Shown here: positions 1 through 11,573 of the stretch, piece after piece
Numbering within the stretch: the stretch's first letter is position 1
Layout of the letters: each line of letters starts with the position of its first letter
NCBI RefSeq assembly: GCF_011386835.1
Contig: NC_088792.1
Location: 2,108,001-2,172,000, forward strand
Origin: Chrysemys picta bellii
Lineage: Eukaryota
Direction: 5' to 3'
Length of the DNA stretch: 64,000 nt
Program-made: the position numbers and the translations under genes
The notes under the pieces: generated by a model
What the model was told of the DNA's origin: nothing
Database searches by the model: none
What the model saw: the letters and a program-made list of their open reading frames with translations, nothing else

Positions 1-389
1 GTGAAGCGGGGGATGGGTGGGGGGAGGCTGTGAGGCATTGGGACTGGCTGGAGTCGGGGAGGGGGAGGAGCTCAGCTGAGGGGGGGAGCAGGGGCCCCCT
101 AAACTAACCCTCACCCTGCCCCCGCCACTGCCTCACCCCGCTATCCTGAGGGATGCGAGAGGACTCACGCTTTTCCCATCCCCCCACTGACCCCGGCGCA
201 GCGTGGACCTGCGGGGACCGGCCCCGGGGATCACAGGCAGGCAGGGCCGCTTGGGGGGCCACATCCCCATGCACTGGGGCGCAGCTCTGCTCCCTTCCGT
301 GCAGGGGCCCTCCTGGTGCAGGGCCTGGGGGCGGGGGTGTAACAGCTCCGGTAGGAGCCCTGGGCCGGCTGCAGGAAACACGTCCTTAC

Positions 390-442
390 CCCTCAGCCAG
401 CGCCGCCGGCACCCAGAGCGAGAGCCAGAGCAGCGTCCCCAT
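390..442 (-). CDS. SSPO: First coding exon (signal peptide MGTLLWLSLWVPAALAE-G) of a secreted protein continuing off the left edge; probably SCO-spondin
   Basis: ATG at 442 on minus, a hydrophobic 18-aa signal peptide, phase-2 donor GG|GTAAGG at 390/389 and an upstream acceptor (ctttctgtctccccag|) at 528. The ending ALAEG resembles recalled human SSPO ALADG|RW, and SSPO lies head-to-head with ZNF467 in human. Only one exon is visible. Confidence 0.6.
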
Positions 443-1110
443 CAGCTCCCCGGCGGGAGGGCAAAGGCCCCGGCCCCGAGCTGCGCCTGGCATGGCCCGC
501 AGCCAGTCTCTCCGTCGCCGAGTGCAGCCTGGGGAGACAGAAAGGCTCACTGGGAGCGGGGGGGAGCACAGACCCCCCCCACTCTGCTGGGGCCGGCCGG
601 GCCAACGTTCACAGCAAACCATCCAGCGGGGACCCCCCGAGCCTGGGCTCCACGGGGAGCGGAGACCCCCTGAGCCAGGCTGGGAATGGCCAGGGCTCTC
701 CCAGTGCTGAGACCCGCCCTTCCCCACGAGCCAGGGTTTGTTACTCAGGGTTGGTCCAGCCCGTCACACCAAGGCATTTCAGCACGACCCCGTCAGAGCT
801 ATTCTCTGTGATTCGGGGGGTGCGGCTGGTCACAGGGGTGTTTTGCTCCCTGCCTGCAGCTGGAGCTTTTCCAGATGGAAGAAGGCACCAAAGAGCGGCC
901 AGATGGCCAGGACACCTCCGCCCCAGCATGGCCAGCGTTCGCCCACCACAGCCGGGGGCGTTCACCTGCTGTGGCTGTTCTCACTAACACAGGCCTTGGC
1001 TACACACAGGACGCGGCAGCACTGTGAAACGCGAGTGTAGTCGCGCCGCTCTCTCGCAGCGCTGCAAGTACTGCACCTCTCCGAGGGGAATAGCTTGCAG
1101 TGCTCCCACC

Positions 1111-1605
1111 CAGGGTCGGCTCCAGGCACCAGGCACCCAAGCACATGCTTGGGGCGGCACCTGGTAAGGGGCGGCGGGGGGAGCGCGGTGCGGCATTCCG
1201 CGGGGGGGGGGGGGGCTCCGGCAGCGCGGCATTCGGCGGGTGGCGGCGTGGGGCGCGGCGCTCGGGGGGGGTTCTGGCGGCGCGGGGCGGGAGGGGTGGG
1301 CTCTGGCGGCGCGGGGTGCGGTGCTCGGGGGGGGTTCTGGCAGCGCTCGGTGGGAGGGGTGGGCTCTGGCGGCGCGGGGCTCGGGGGGGGGTTCTGGCGG
1401 CGCTCGGTGGGAGGGGTGGGCTCTGGCGGCGCGGGGCGCGGTGCTCGGGGTGGGGGTTCTGGCGGCGCTCGGTGGGAGGGGTGGGCTCTGGCGGCGCGGG
1501 GCGCGGTGCTCGGGGTGGGGGTTCCGGCGGCGTGGCGCTCGGCGGGGGGTGGGGCGGCGCTTTTTTTTGCTGCTTGGGGAAGCAAAAAAGTTAGAGCCGG
1601 CCCTG
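1111..1605. mobile_element. Non-autonomous hAT-type DNA transposon with an internal GC-rich ~60-bp tandem repeat
   Basis: Terminal inverted repeats CAGGGTCGGCTCCA / TTAGAGCCGGCCCTG, with a perfect 8-bp target-site duplication CTCCCACC at 1103-1110 and 1606-1613. Confidence 0.85.
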
Positions 1606-1699
1606 CTCCCACCCCGGTACTGCGGGAGGCCCCGCTGGCTCCCACCCAGCAGTGGAGAATGTTCCCCTCCCTCGAGGGGCTCCAGACTGGGACTTTCCC

Positions 1700-1830
1700 T
1701 GCCAGCACACCGTGGGCTATGGAAACATTGGCCCTTCTAGAGACACCAGACATAGTTAACCTTTGGAACCCACTGCCACAAGACTGTACTGAGGCCAAGA
1801 GCTTCGGTGGGTTCAAAGGATTTGACTAGA
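1700..1830 (+). mobile_element. Short degenerate CR1 LINE 3' fragment
   Basis: Resembles the CR1 ORF2 C-terminus (IVNLWNPLPQDCTEAKSFGGFK; compare NLWNSLPEDVVKAK at about 30780). Confidence 0.45.
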
Positions 1831-2149
1831 CGCTCGTGTGAATAATGTCCACAGCTACGTTAGATAGCACAACGATTTAGAAAGGTTAGAAACCCTCCTG
1901 CCAACCCCTAAGTGCTATGGGGAGGCAGCAGCTTCTCCTAGGGGCAGGCTAGTCCAGAACTGTCGCCACACAGTGTTTTGCAGCTTCCTCTGACCGAGGC
2001 CCGAGGCAGGTGGATCCCTGCTCTGCCCCACGCTCACACCAGGGTAGGAAGTACCCGGGATGCCCACAGCCAGGCTGGGCAGGATGAGAGTGGAGGCTGC
2101 AGCGTGGGGAACTCACACATCTCACTTCAGAGGCTTTTAATTTAATGAA

Positions 2150-2336
2150 TGGAGATATTCCATCTCCTAGAACTGGAAGGGACCCTGAAAGGTCATCGAG
2201 TCCAGCCCCCTGCCTTCACTAGCAGGACCAAGGACTGATTTTGCCCCAGATCCCCAAGTGGCCCCCTCAAGGATTGAACTCACAACCCTGGGTTTAGCAG
2301 GCCAATGCTCCAACCACTGAGCTATCCCTCCCCCCC
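2150..2336 (-). mobile_element. Tortoise-type tRNA-derived Pol III/CR1 SINE
   Basis: On minus: tRNA-like head (GGATAGCTCAGTGGTTGGAGCATTGGCCTGCTAAACCCAGGGTTGTGAGTTCAATCC) followed by a CR1-like 3' tail (GGACTCGATGACC...CCCTTCCAGTTCTAGG). Same family as 14062-14228. Confidence 0.85.
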
Positions 2337-3464
2337 AAGGGGTGGGAGCCGGGCAGGAATCTCCCCAGGATTTTCCACCCCTACCTGCTCTGAGCCCCCA
2401 GGATCCCCGTGCACCTGAAACCCCCTTACCTGAGTCTCCTGCAGTCCCAAAGCCCCAGCGCTCTCACCTGGGTCTGCCTTCCCCACAGCCGCTCCCTGCG
2501 CCTAGGGCCACATCCCTGGGTGACTCTTCCCCTCTGGAGTGGGGCGGCAGCAGCCCGGGGGAGGCTTTATATCCTGTCGGCTTAGCCGGACTCAAGCCAG
2601 CGGAGGAGCCCGGATTGGAGAATTCCCCGGGAAACACAGCTGCTCCGGCGTGGATTCGCTCTGCCCACTCAGACGGAAACCCCCCACCCCCACCCTCCCC
2701 ATGGGCCACAGGGGGCCACGGTCTTCCAGCCCACACTTCGCAGGGGACACGTGGGGGGATGAGCCAAGGCCTGGCCGGCGGGTACGGAGCCCTGTGCCCC
2801 GCGGGTCTCTGGGCGGGGGGCACCTGCCGAGCTTGGCCGTGCCCTTACTGGGGACGGCCGGGAGCTGCCTGAAGGGTGTTTCCCCCGGGGGGGGGAAACG
2901 GTCCAGGGGAGCTCCAGGGGGAACAGAGACGAGGAATGGGATGGCCTGAGCCCCCAAAGTGATTCCCAGCCGGCCAACTGTCTCCAGGGTGCGGTGGGGG
3001 CCCCGTGCGTGACAGTCACTGGGCGCGGCCCCAGGGACCAGCCATGCCCTGGGCTTGGCAGAGGAGCCAGCTGGACCTAGGCGGTTCTCCGTCACTAACG
3101 GCTCCCGTTCTCCCCGCACACGTCTGGCAGCCTCCTTGGGCCTCGGTTGTAACCTGCCATGGCCACAGGTCCTGGGCTATGTGGGCCCCAGAGACTACGA
3201 GTCCCAGCATGCAAAGCTGCACCACGGCAGCTCAGAGTGAGGGGCCCTGGGGGACAGCCAGGATAATAACAGCCCGTTGCAATGAGCATGTGTGGAGCAG
3301 GGGACACGTGCACAACCCCCTTCGCAAACAGGGAGCTCCCCAGCCCCCAGGGAAGTACAGGGGTCCCACCTCCCACGTAGGGAAATCAAGGCACAGGAGG
3401 GCAGAGACCCCCCCACGGTCACACAGTGATCAGCCACCTGCCAATAGGAGACCCTGACGCCCAG

Positions 3465-3620
3465 CCCCTATTCTACCCACCAGAGCCCACTCCCTTCCTG
3501 GCACCACGGAGAGAACCCAGGTGTCCTGCTGCTTCAGCCCCTATTCCAACCACCAGAGCCCACTCCCTTCCCGGCAGAGAACCCAGGAGTCCTGGCACCC
3601 AGCCCCCTATTCTAACCACC
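3465..3620. repeat. Degenerate ~65-70-bp direct repeat (about 2.5 copies)
   Basis: The motif CAGCCCCTATTC...ACCACCAGAGCCCACTCCCTTCC...AGAGAACCCAGG recurs. Confidence 0.6.
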
Positions 3621-4536
3621 GGACCAAGCTGCTTCCCAGGGAAGGAACGGGGGCGTTGGGGAGGCAGGCAGGCCCCTGAAAGCAGAGCTCTGTGCCACCT
3701 CCCCTCTCGTGGGCAGGGTGGGGGAGCGGCAGCTGGGAGTGCTGGTGCAGGCGTGGGGGCTCTCCAGGATGTTGCCTGCCCAGAACAGGGGCTCGCGCGT
3801 GTAACTAGGATGTGGCCTGGGGATTTCCCAGCTGCTGGGCTGGAATCTCAGCCCCTGCTGGCTTCCCCTTCAGCCGCCCGTCCCAGACCCGGATCTGCCT
3901 TATCCTCACGTCCTGGGCTCTGGCTCATCCCCACAAAGAATGTCCGAGGCCGGAGCAGGGCTTTGCCCCCTCCCTCAGTGAAGGGGGGGAGAGGGTCAGA
4001 CTCCTGGGGCAGGGGAGGGTAAGGACAGAATCAGAGCACCATGATCCCCCCACCAGACCTCGCTCACCACGCCCCCCGGGCAAGGTCGGGGTGGAATGGG
4101 GCTCACCCCAGAGGGGACGATTCCCCTGAAACTTACTGCTCTGGTGAGATCCCTCAGTGCCAGCCACCAGCCGCGGACTAGGCCAGAGCTGGGCTCTCAC
4201 CCACAGCTCTGCTGCCGCCCCTCAATCCTGGGCTCCCCCAGGAGTGCCCCTAGGGGCTGGCTAGCCCAGATTTCCCCCACCTTCCTCTGCAGCAGCTGAT
4301 CCCGGCCGTAGCTGGAGATGGGATACTGAGCTGGGCGGATGCCAGGCCAGCTCTAGATTCCTTCGACTCCTTGGAAGTAATTCCCTCCCAGAGCAGTGTC
4401 CCTAATGTCCACCCGGGCCCCGTCCTCAGTGCCTGGCGTATTAGCTGAGACTGGAAGCAATTCGGGACAGGGAAAGGCTGCAAAGCACCAGGCCCTGCTA
4501 GGGCCCTGCAGAGAGGCGTGTCTGCTCCTTGCCCTG

Positions 4537-5363
4537 TGTGACGAAGTGGGGGGGTTTCTTGTTTTCTGTGGAGTTTCAATGGTTTGCATGCAGAGGGGGT
4601 GGGACTCAGTTTCCCTGGGTGTTACTGGTTTAACGCGGTGAGGGGAGAGGGAGTGTGTTTTGCAGAGGACCGGAGAGAGGACTTGGGAACCCAGACGATG
4701 GCCGGGAGGATGGATACTCCAGCGACCAGTGACCTGGTGACCCGGAGACCCAGCTGAGGAGACGCAGCCGGTTCTGGCCAGTGGGCGGACAATGGGCTGC
4801 GGAGAGAGGACCCCAGTGACCTAACCAGCCGGTTCCAGCCAGAGGACAGAAGAGGGGAGAGGAGACCCAGGTTTATGACCCTGTTTACCTGGAGAGAAGA
4901 CAATGGACAGAGGCGGGACCTGGGATCTCAGATGCCCAGCGGGGAGCAGGGGGGCTCTGGGCTGGAGAGGGGGAGCAGGCAGAGCCCACCTGGATGCAGG
5001 GAGACTGGGATGTGCTGGGCTGAGGGAGGCCAGGCCTGAGGCCCGGAGAGTTTCCTGTGCCGTGTTCAACCCTCAATAAACCCTCCTGTGTGACGCTGGC
5101 TGAGAGTCACTCCGGTCTAGAGAACAGGGTTGCATCAACCCCTTCGGGGGGTGGAGGCCCTGGGGGTCCAGAGCGAGGGGACTCCCCGAGGGGGCCCACG
5201 GCAGAGACAGACGTGCTAAGGCTCAGAGAGGTGCGGCTCCAGGAGGTGGAGGGGCCTGACTCCGAGAGAGAGTGGACCCCCGAGAAGGGCTGTCGCACTG
5301 AAAGGGGCACCCCCCACGGACCGCACGGGGCCAAGAGTGGGCATGACCTGGGAGTCCGTGACA
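4537..5363 (+). mobile_element. Solo LTR (827 bp)
   Basis: TGTGACG...CGTGACA termini, 5-bp TSD CCCTG (4532-4536 and 5364-5368), internal AATAAA near 5075. Confidence 0.85.
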
Positions 5364-5739
5364 CCCTGCAATGCCACTTCCATCCTGAGTCGTCTCCGTA
5401 CAGCCCTGCGTAGCCATATTAACAGGGAAGCATATGGGCCCCCCCAACCCCGCTCACCTCCCCGTGTGTCCCCCCAGCCTAGCCCCCTTCCTGCCTCTCC
5501 CCAGTCTGTCCCTCCCCATCAGCCCGGGGCGGCTGGGCATGGCTGCATTCCCTCCACTGCCTAGCGACCCCCCAGGGCCTGATTCTCAGTAAGGCCACTC
5601 TGGGCACGTTCAGTGGGTGGATGTGGCTCGCTGAGACCCCCCCTGGCATCCCCGCCAGCCTCCCTAGGGGTGCAGAACTGCCCTCAGGGCCCTGCGCTGG
5701 TCCGGCTTCCAGCCCCAGGGCAGCCTCTTCCCAGACATA

Positions 5740-5940
5740 GGCAAACTGGCTACTGGCCACCCCCCCACCAACAAAACCTGACTCCCATCCCGCCTGCCCC
5801 TCTGCTGCCAAAACCCGGCTACTGGCCACCCCCCAACCCCCCACAACAAAACCCGGCTGCCAGTCATCCCCACCCCAACCAAAAACTGGCCACTGGCCAC
5901 CCCCATCCCCGGCAAAACCCGGCCACTGGCCACCCAAGTG
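5740..5940. repeat. ~38-40-bp minisatellite (AAAACCCGGC[T/C]ACTGGCCACCCC-like)
   Basis: About 5 degenerate units are visible. Confidence 0.6.
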
Positions 5941-6304
5941 TGCGCGCACACACACGACAGTCTGCGCATTTTTATGTTCTTTCCTCACTTTCCTTACGCT
6001 GTCCTGGCCCGGCGCGGCAGCCCAAGTTGTGGGGCTGTGACCCGGAGAGCGCGCCAACATGCCCCAAGGGAATCAAGCCGGCCCAGGAATCTGCTAACCA
6101 GCCAGGCAGTACAGAAACCAGCCCGGGTGCTTAAAAACTGGCCAGGCCGGGGGGCAGGGGATGGGCGGAAGGGGGTGGGTGAGATGCAGAGAGGGAGCAC
6201 GCTGCACTCTGGCTATTCTCTGCTTCCCACGGCCCAGGGGGGCTGATAACTTTCACTCACCCCTTACAATGCAAAGGCGGGCGAAGGGTTGCTGTGATTT
6301 GTTA

Positions 6305-6515
6305 AGAAAAGAACAGGAGGACTTGTGGCACCTTAGAGACTAACACATTTATTTGAGCCTAAGCTTTGTGGGCTACATCCGAAGAAGTGGGCTGCAGCCC
6401 ACAAAAGCTAATGCGCTAATAAATGTGTTAGTCTCTAAGGTGCCACAAGTCCTCCTGTTCTTTTTGCGGATACAGACTAACACGGCTGCTACTCTGAAAG
6501 CTGTGATTTGTTGTG
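6305..6515. mobile_element. Palindromic Penelope-like (PLE) terminal remnant with a degenerate hammerhead motif
   Basis: Long inverted repeat AAAAGAACAGGAGGACTTGTGGCACCTTAGAGACTAAC / GTTAGTCTCTAAGGTGCCACAAGTCCTCCTGTTCTTTT. It encloses CCGAAGAAGTGGG..CCCACAAAAGCT, homologous to the PLE end at 50089-50179. Confidence 0.75.
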
Positions 6516-9299
6516 TATGTTGCGGCAGCACCCAGAGGTCCCACTGGCAGATCGGGTCCCGTGGTGCTGGGGGCTGCACACAGCCCTCTGGCCCAGCATT
6601 GCCAGCTCTCACCCTGCTATCAGGCGGCGCGCACTCCTGGCTTGTTGGGGTTTTTTTAAGGGTTCTCGTGAATTTCTGATTTCTGCCTCCACCTCCCCAA
6701 GTCTGGCCTTTCCCCAAAATGGCAGCAGAAGCCACAGATGGCCCTCAGCACCGCTGGGCACCGCGTCCTGTTGTTCCCAAGCAGATGCCACATCGCTCTC
6801 AGGGAAGACGTGGCCATGGGAGGGGCCGGCCGGGGAACCGGGAAGTGTTGGGAACGAGACTGCGGGGGCAGCAGGGAGGGTGATGGGTTCATGGTCTCGC
6901 CAACCCGTGTTTTAAAACCATGAGTCAGGCCCCCAAAATCATGAGATTCTTCAGAAATGATGAATGTGGGGGTCCCTGCTGGGCCCTCTGGTGTGAGTCT
7001 GCAGGGAGAACTTGGCTCACGCTCCCAAGCGTTTCTCCACAGCCAGGAGGGCTAGAACATTACCTCCCCCCCCCCATGAGAGCCGAGATTCTCACAAAAC
7101 TCACCTCAGTCCAGGGCCCCCACAGTGCAGAAGCTGGCAGCACTGGGTGAGGGCACAGGCCAGGGATGTCTGGGGTGCCCAGGGGAGATGGGAAGCAGGA
7201 AAGGGGGATGGGAGAAGACAGTGTGCAATTTCAGGGGAACGTGGCGTGGCAGAGAGGGCGGATGTGAGGGAAAGGAGGGGAGTATGGGGGATAAGCGAAT
7301 ACCGGATGTAGGCGGGGCGCACGGTGGGAGTGGGACTGCTGCCTGTCCTGTCTAGTCGGGGGTGGGGGGAACGGGACAGAAAGGGATGGAATTCCCCCCC
7401 TCCGGGGAGAGCAGAGGATACGCAGAATCCACCCCGAGCAGCGCACAGGGGCTCTGTATCTTCGGGGCGCGCGCTCTGTGTTGCTAACTCTTGGGCATCG
7501 ATGGCAGGTGATGCACCGCCAGCCCCTGCTGGATCCAGTGCCCCAGTGAGGCCAGAAACTCCCCCATTCACGCCTTTCTGACGGCCTGGGGTAGGGAACT
7601 GCTCTGTGATTGGCTGCCTTCCCCACTTCCCCGCCTCCTGGGGAAGAGCAGCCAATCAGGACTGCTGCAGAGACACACAGCACTCTCCCCCCCCTTCGCC
7701 AGCCAGGAGGAGTTTTGGGGTAGGGGACGGGGAGAGGGAACAGCTGACCCTGCTCTCATGCCGAGTGGGGGAAGTAGGGAGCAGAAAGAGCCCAGCAGTG
7801 GTGGCAACACCAGTTCTCTCTCTCTCTGTCATGTACACGCACACACACGTGCACACACACATGCACACGCACAGGGAAGCAGCAGGAGTTCAAAACACAC
7901 AAGACAGACCACACCACATGCTTTCATCTTTTTTTTACCATCTCCTGATCTGGGGGATCTGACTCCTGATTCTGAACGCGATCCTGGTGCCGTCTGGGTC
8001 TCCTCCAAAAGGCAGCACCACCCAGCATGTTGTTTCTTCCCTACCGAGTCCCCAGCACCAATTCTAAGGGCCCCTTGGGGGTCCCCCAGGTACTAACCTG
8101 CCCTGCAGCTGGCTGGCTCGGAGTCCCAGCACAAGCTGAGCTGGCTACAGCCAGAGAACAGCTGAGGCCAATGGCACGTCCAGGGACTGGTAAGCTACCG
8201 CTAAGGAGTAAGCAGGATCTCTGTCCTCCATCCGGCCATGCCAGAATCACTCCCTTTGCGGCTGGCATTGCCAACACCAGGCTGTGCCCCTGCCCAGCTC
8301 TGGGGAACATGGCAGGGACCCCGTCGTTGGGGCGATTTAGCTCTCCGTTTAGGGTGTGAAAAAGAAGCCTTCCCCAAGCCCATGGCGGATCGGACAGTTC
8401 CGGGAACTGTCTGAAGTGCCGGGGAAAAGGGGGTTTAACCAAAAACCGTGCGTTTGCCACCAGACCCCAGCAGCACTGGGCTAGTGCACGAGAGCCCAGG
8501 GGGGGAGACACCCCGGTTCCCCAAGAGGCTCCCCCAGAAGGGCAGCGTAGCCAAGTCCCGGACAGAAGCCAGAGCTGGGCCTGCCTTACGGCCATTTAGC
8601 AACATCCTCCCAGCTGCTCTGTGGGGCGGGGCCACGGCCGCCCCTCACCACCCTGAGGTAGGAACTAAGGCGGCTTCTTGCCAAGCACTGAGTCACTGAC
8701 CAGACTAGAGCTGGAAATCGGGAGGCACATGGCACGGCCCGGACGCAGGGAGGAGAGACGTGCAGCATGACAGAGGAGCTATGAAGACGGAGACTCTTTG
8801 CTGCAGTGTCTGAAGGAAGGAGACCACAGAGACAGTCAGGAGTCCCCTCGCAAAAGGGCACCTGATCCTGGCACCACAGAGCAGCCTGCCACCGGCTCAG
8901 GGACGGAGATGACAAACGGACACGGGCTCAGACCCAGGTGTGACTCTGCCCTGGCGTGGGTGGGCAGCGCTGCTCCGGCTAGTTAGGCCAATGACTGAAT
9001 TGGGGCGTTTTCCACGTCGCACAAGAGTGGCAGAGCCCCCAGTCCTGCGCTTCCCCCGGGGTGTGGGGGGGTCTCCCCTGCGGGGCTCCTGGCTAGGCCC
9101 CCAGCGGGCTAGGCGCTGTACACCGGACACGCTGGGGGAAGCGACAGCTGTTTGTCCTATGGGGCAGAGGTTTGAACTCCACCTTGCATGGGCCCTGGCA
9201 ACAGCCCTGCGTTTCGGTGCCGCTCAGAGCCCCTTCCCGAGAGCCGAAGCAGAGCTCGGGGCTGCAGGGCGGGGCTGTCCCCCCCCCCAGAAGCTGGCC

Positions 9300-9800
9300 C
9301 AGTAAAGGACATGACCTCCGCCCCCGTGTCTCTCTCATCTCCTGGGACCCCCAACGCCGCGGGCACGTGGGGCCAGGCAGGGAGAAAGGGAGCACGGCCG
9401 GCTCTCCGCAGAGGGGCAGCGGAGTCTGCCCCCAGGTGTGCAGCGCCGGGCTCGGCCGCTCTCTCCTGCACCCCAGCCAGCTGGCGCGGTCTCCTGGCGC
9501 GCTGGCTGCTGGGAGATGTAGTCCCCGCCCTGCCGCGGGCCCCGCGGGGCCCCGCAGGAACACTACAGCTCCCAGGGTGCCCGGCGCAGCCAGCCCAGCC
9601 GCTCCCCCAGCCGGGCTGCCCGGGCGCCTGCGAGCCCGGCTCGTGGCTGGCGCGGCTCCGGCAGGAGGGAGCAGGGGGCCCTGCAGCCCCCCGGCCTGGG
9701 GGGTGACCTCGTTCCCCTGCCCAGGCGCGGTCCCGGGCCACGCGTGGCCGTGGGGGCTGCCGCGCAGGTAGGACACGCGTGGGGCCGAATTGCGCGGGGG
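9300..9800 (+). promoter_or_regulatory. CpG island and likely non-coding first exon of ZNF467
   Basis: Very CpG-dense, with a donor CGCAG|GTAGGA at 9767/9768 upstream of the ZNF467 coding exons. Confidence 0.6.
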
Positions 9801-10224
9801 GCAGCTGGAGCAGGGGGCGCCCGATGCCGCGGTGATGGGCGCGGAGAGCTCAGTGCCGCTTCCTGCCCCTCTTCGATGCAGCAGCGGGGGGGAGTCGGAC
9901 TCCTGGGTCCCCCGCTGCGCCCTGTGCTCTGCCCGCGGGGGGGCTTAACAATGGGGCTGGGGGGGAGTGTGGGGGAAAGGGAGAGACGGGATGGGAGGGG
10001 GAGACCATCCAGGCAGGGGCGGGAGATTAGAGAGGAGGGGAGGGGCAGAAGGGGGGGAGAAGTTCTAGGGAGACAGGATGGGGGGAAGAGGAGAATCTAG
10101 GCAGAGTTGGGGGAGGGGGCGAGACGATGCAGGAAGAGGAGGGCGGGATGAAGCAAGAATTGAGGGGAGGGAAGGGGAAGCCTCCACAGAAGGGGAAGGG
10201 AAGCTGTACAGGAAGGGGAGGGGG

Positions 10225-10585
10225 AAGAAGGGTTGTGCAGAGTGGGGGGAGGGGAGGCGAGGCGGTGCAGCAGGGGAGGGGGGGAAGAGGGTCTGTGCAG
10301 AGGGGGAGGGGAGAGTCTGGGGGAGGGGAGGCTGTGCAGCAGGGGAGGAGGGAAGAGGGTCTGTGCAGAGGGGGAGGGGAGAGTCTGGGGGGAGGGGAGG
10401 CTGTGCAGCAGGGGAGGGGGGGAAGAGGGTCTGTGCAGAGGAGGAGGGGAGAGTCTGGGCGGGGAGGGGAGGCTGTGCAGCCGGGGGGAGGTCTGTGCAG
10501 AGGGAGAGAGGAGAGTCTGGGGGGAGGGGAGGCTGTGCAGCAGGGGAGGGGGGAAGAGTCGGGGGGGGGGGAGGGTCTGTGCGGA
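10225..10585. repeat. Purine-rich ~62-70-bp minisatellite
   Basis: The unit GGAAGAGGGTCTGTGCAGAGGGGAGGGGAGAGTCTGGGGG... recurs; the GTCTGTGC core is at 10291, 10359, 10429 and 10491. Confidence 0.85.
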
Positions 10586-11344
10586 GGGAGAGGGGAGGCC
10601 AGGCCATGTGGCAGGGGAAAGGGAGGAGGGGGAGGCAGCTGGGTAGGAAGAGGAGGGGATAGAGTCAGCCCAGAGAGAGGGAAGAGCTGGGCAGCTGGGG
10701 GAGGGCAGGGGAGAGACTGCATGGGCAGGGGGAAGAGGGACAGCACCCGCGGGAGACACCTCAGTTGCTGGGACGATCTCAGGAGGGCTGAGCCCAGGGG
10801 TGCGATTCCTTGCTGGAGGGAGACGCCAGCGGGAGCCCAGGCACAGACTGAAGAGCCACTCGTGCCTTGTCTGGAGTGGGGCGTGAAGCCCTGTGAGCTA
10901 AGGGGACACCACAGCCAGCCAACACGGCTAGGAAGGGGTTAACTGAGGCCTGCGGGAGAGAGAAACCTGTGGCTGTGGAAGCTGGCACCTGCTCGCTAAG
11001 GTGCTGCGCCCATGACAGGCCTCGGAGAGAACGCCGCAGCGCCATCTCACTAGCCTTGTCTTCTCTACAGAGCCCCCTCACGCCGACAGGACACGTCCAT
11101 CTCGACGCAGCCCACCAAGCTGTCCTCCCTCCGCAGCCCCGTGCTAGCACGCTAAGGAGACACGGCCAGCCCCAGACCACGTGTGCTCAGAGCCCGAGCT
11201 GCCCGCCTGGGCTCTGACAGCCCCGCTGGGCCGTTCTTCCTCGCCCACCATCGCTGCCACTGGAGCACGAGCCAGAGTAGGATGCAGCCCCCTCTCTCGG
11301 CCCTGCGGAGCCCACCCAACTCAGGAGTAAAAAGGAGTCGCTAA

Positions 11345-11573
11345 GGGTACGTGTGCATCGCGGTGAAAGGCCTGCGGCACGGCTGGCCCAGGCGCGGGCT
11401 GCGAGGCTGTGTAGACATCCAGGCTCGGGCTGGAGCCTGGGCTCTGACATCCCACAGTGTGAGAGGGTCCCAGTGCCTGGGCTCCAGCCTGAACCAGAAC
11501 AGCTGCACTGCGGTGTGATAGCCCTGCAGCCTGAACCTCGGTGCCACGGGTTTATTGCAGTGTAGACGTACCC
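11345..11573. mobile_element. Harbinger-like MITE
   Basis: Imperfect TIRs GGGTACGTGTGCA / TGTAGACGTACCC. No clear TSD. Confidence 0.55.

Noticed and set aside
10027-10942. Pro- and Gly-rich ORFs of 130-270 aa (similarly 962-1829)
   Set aside because: Translations of GC-rich minisatellites.
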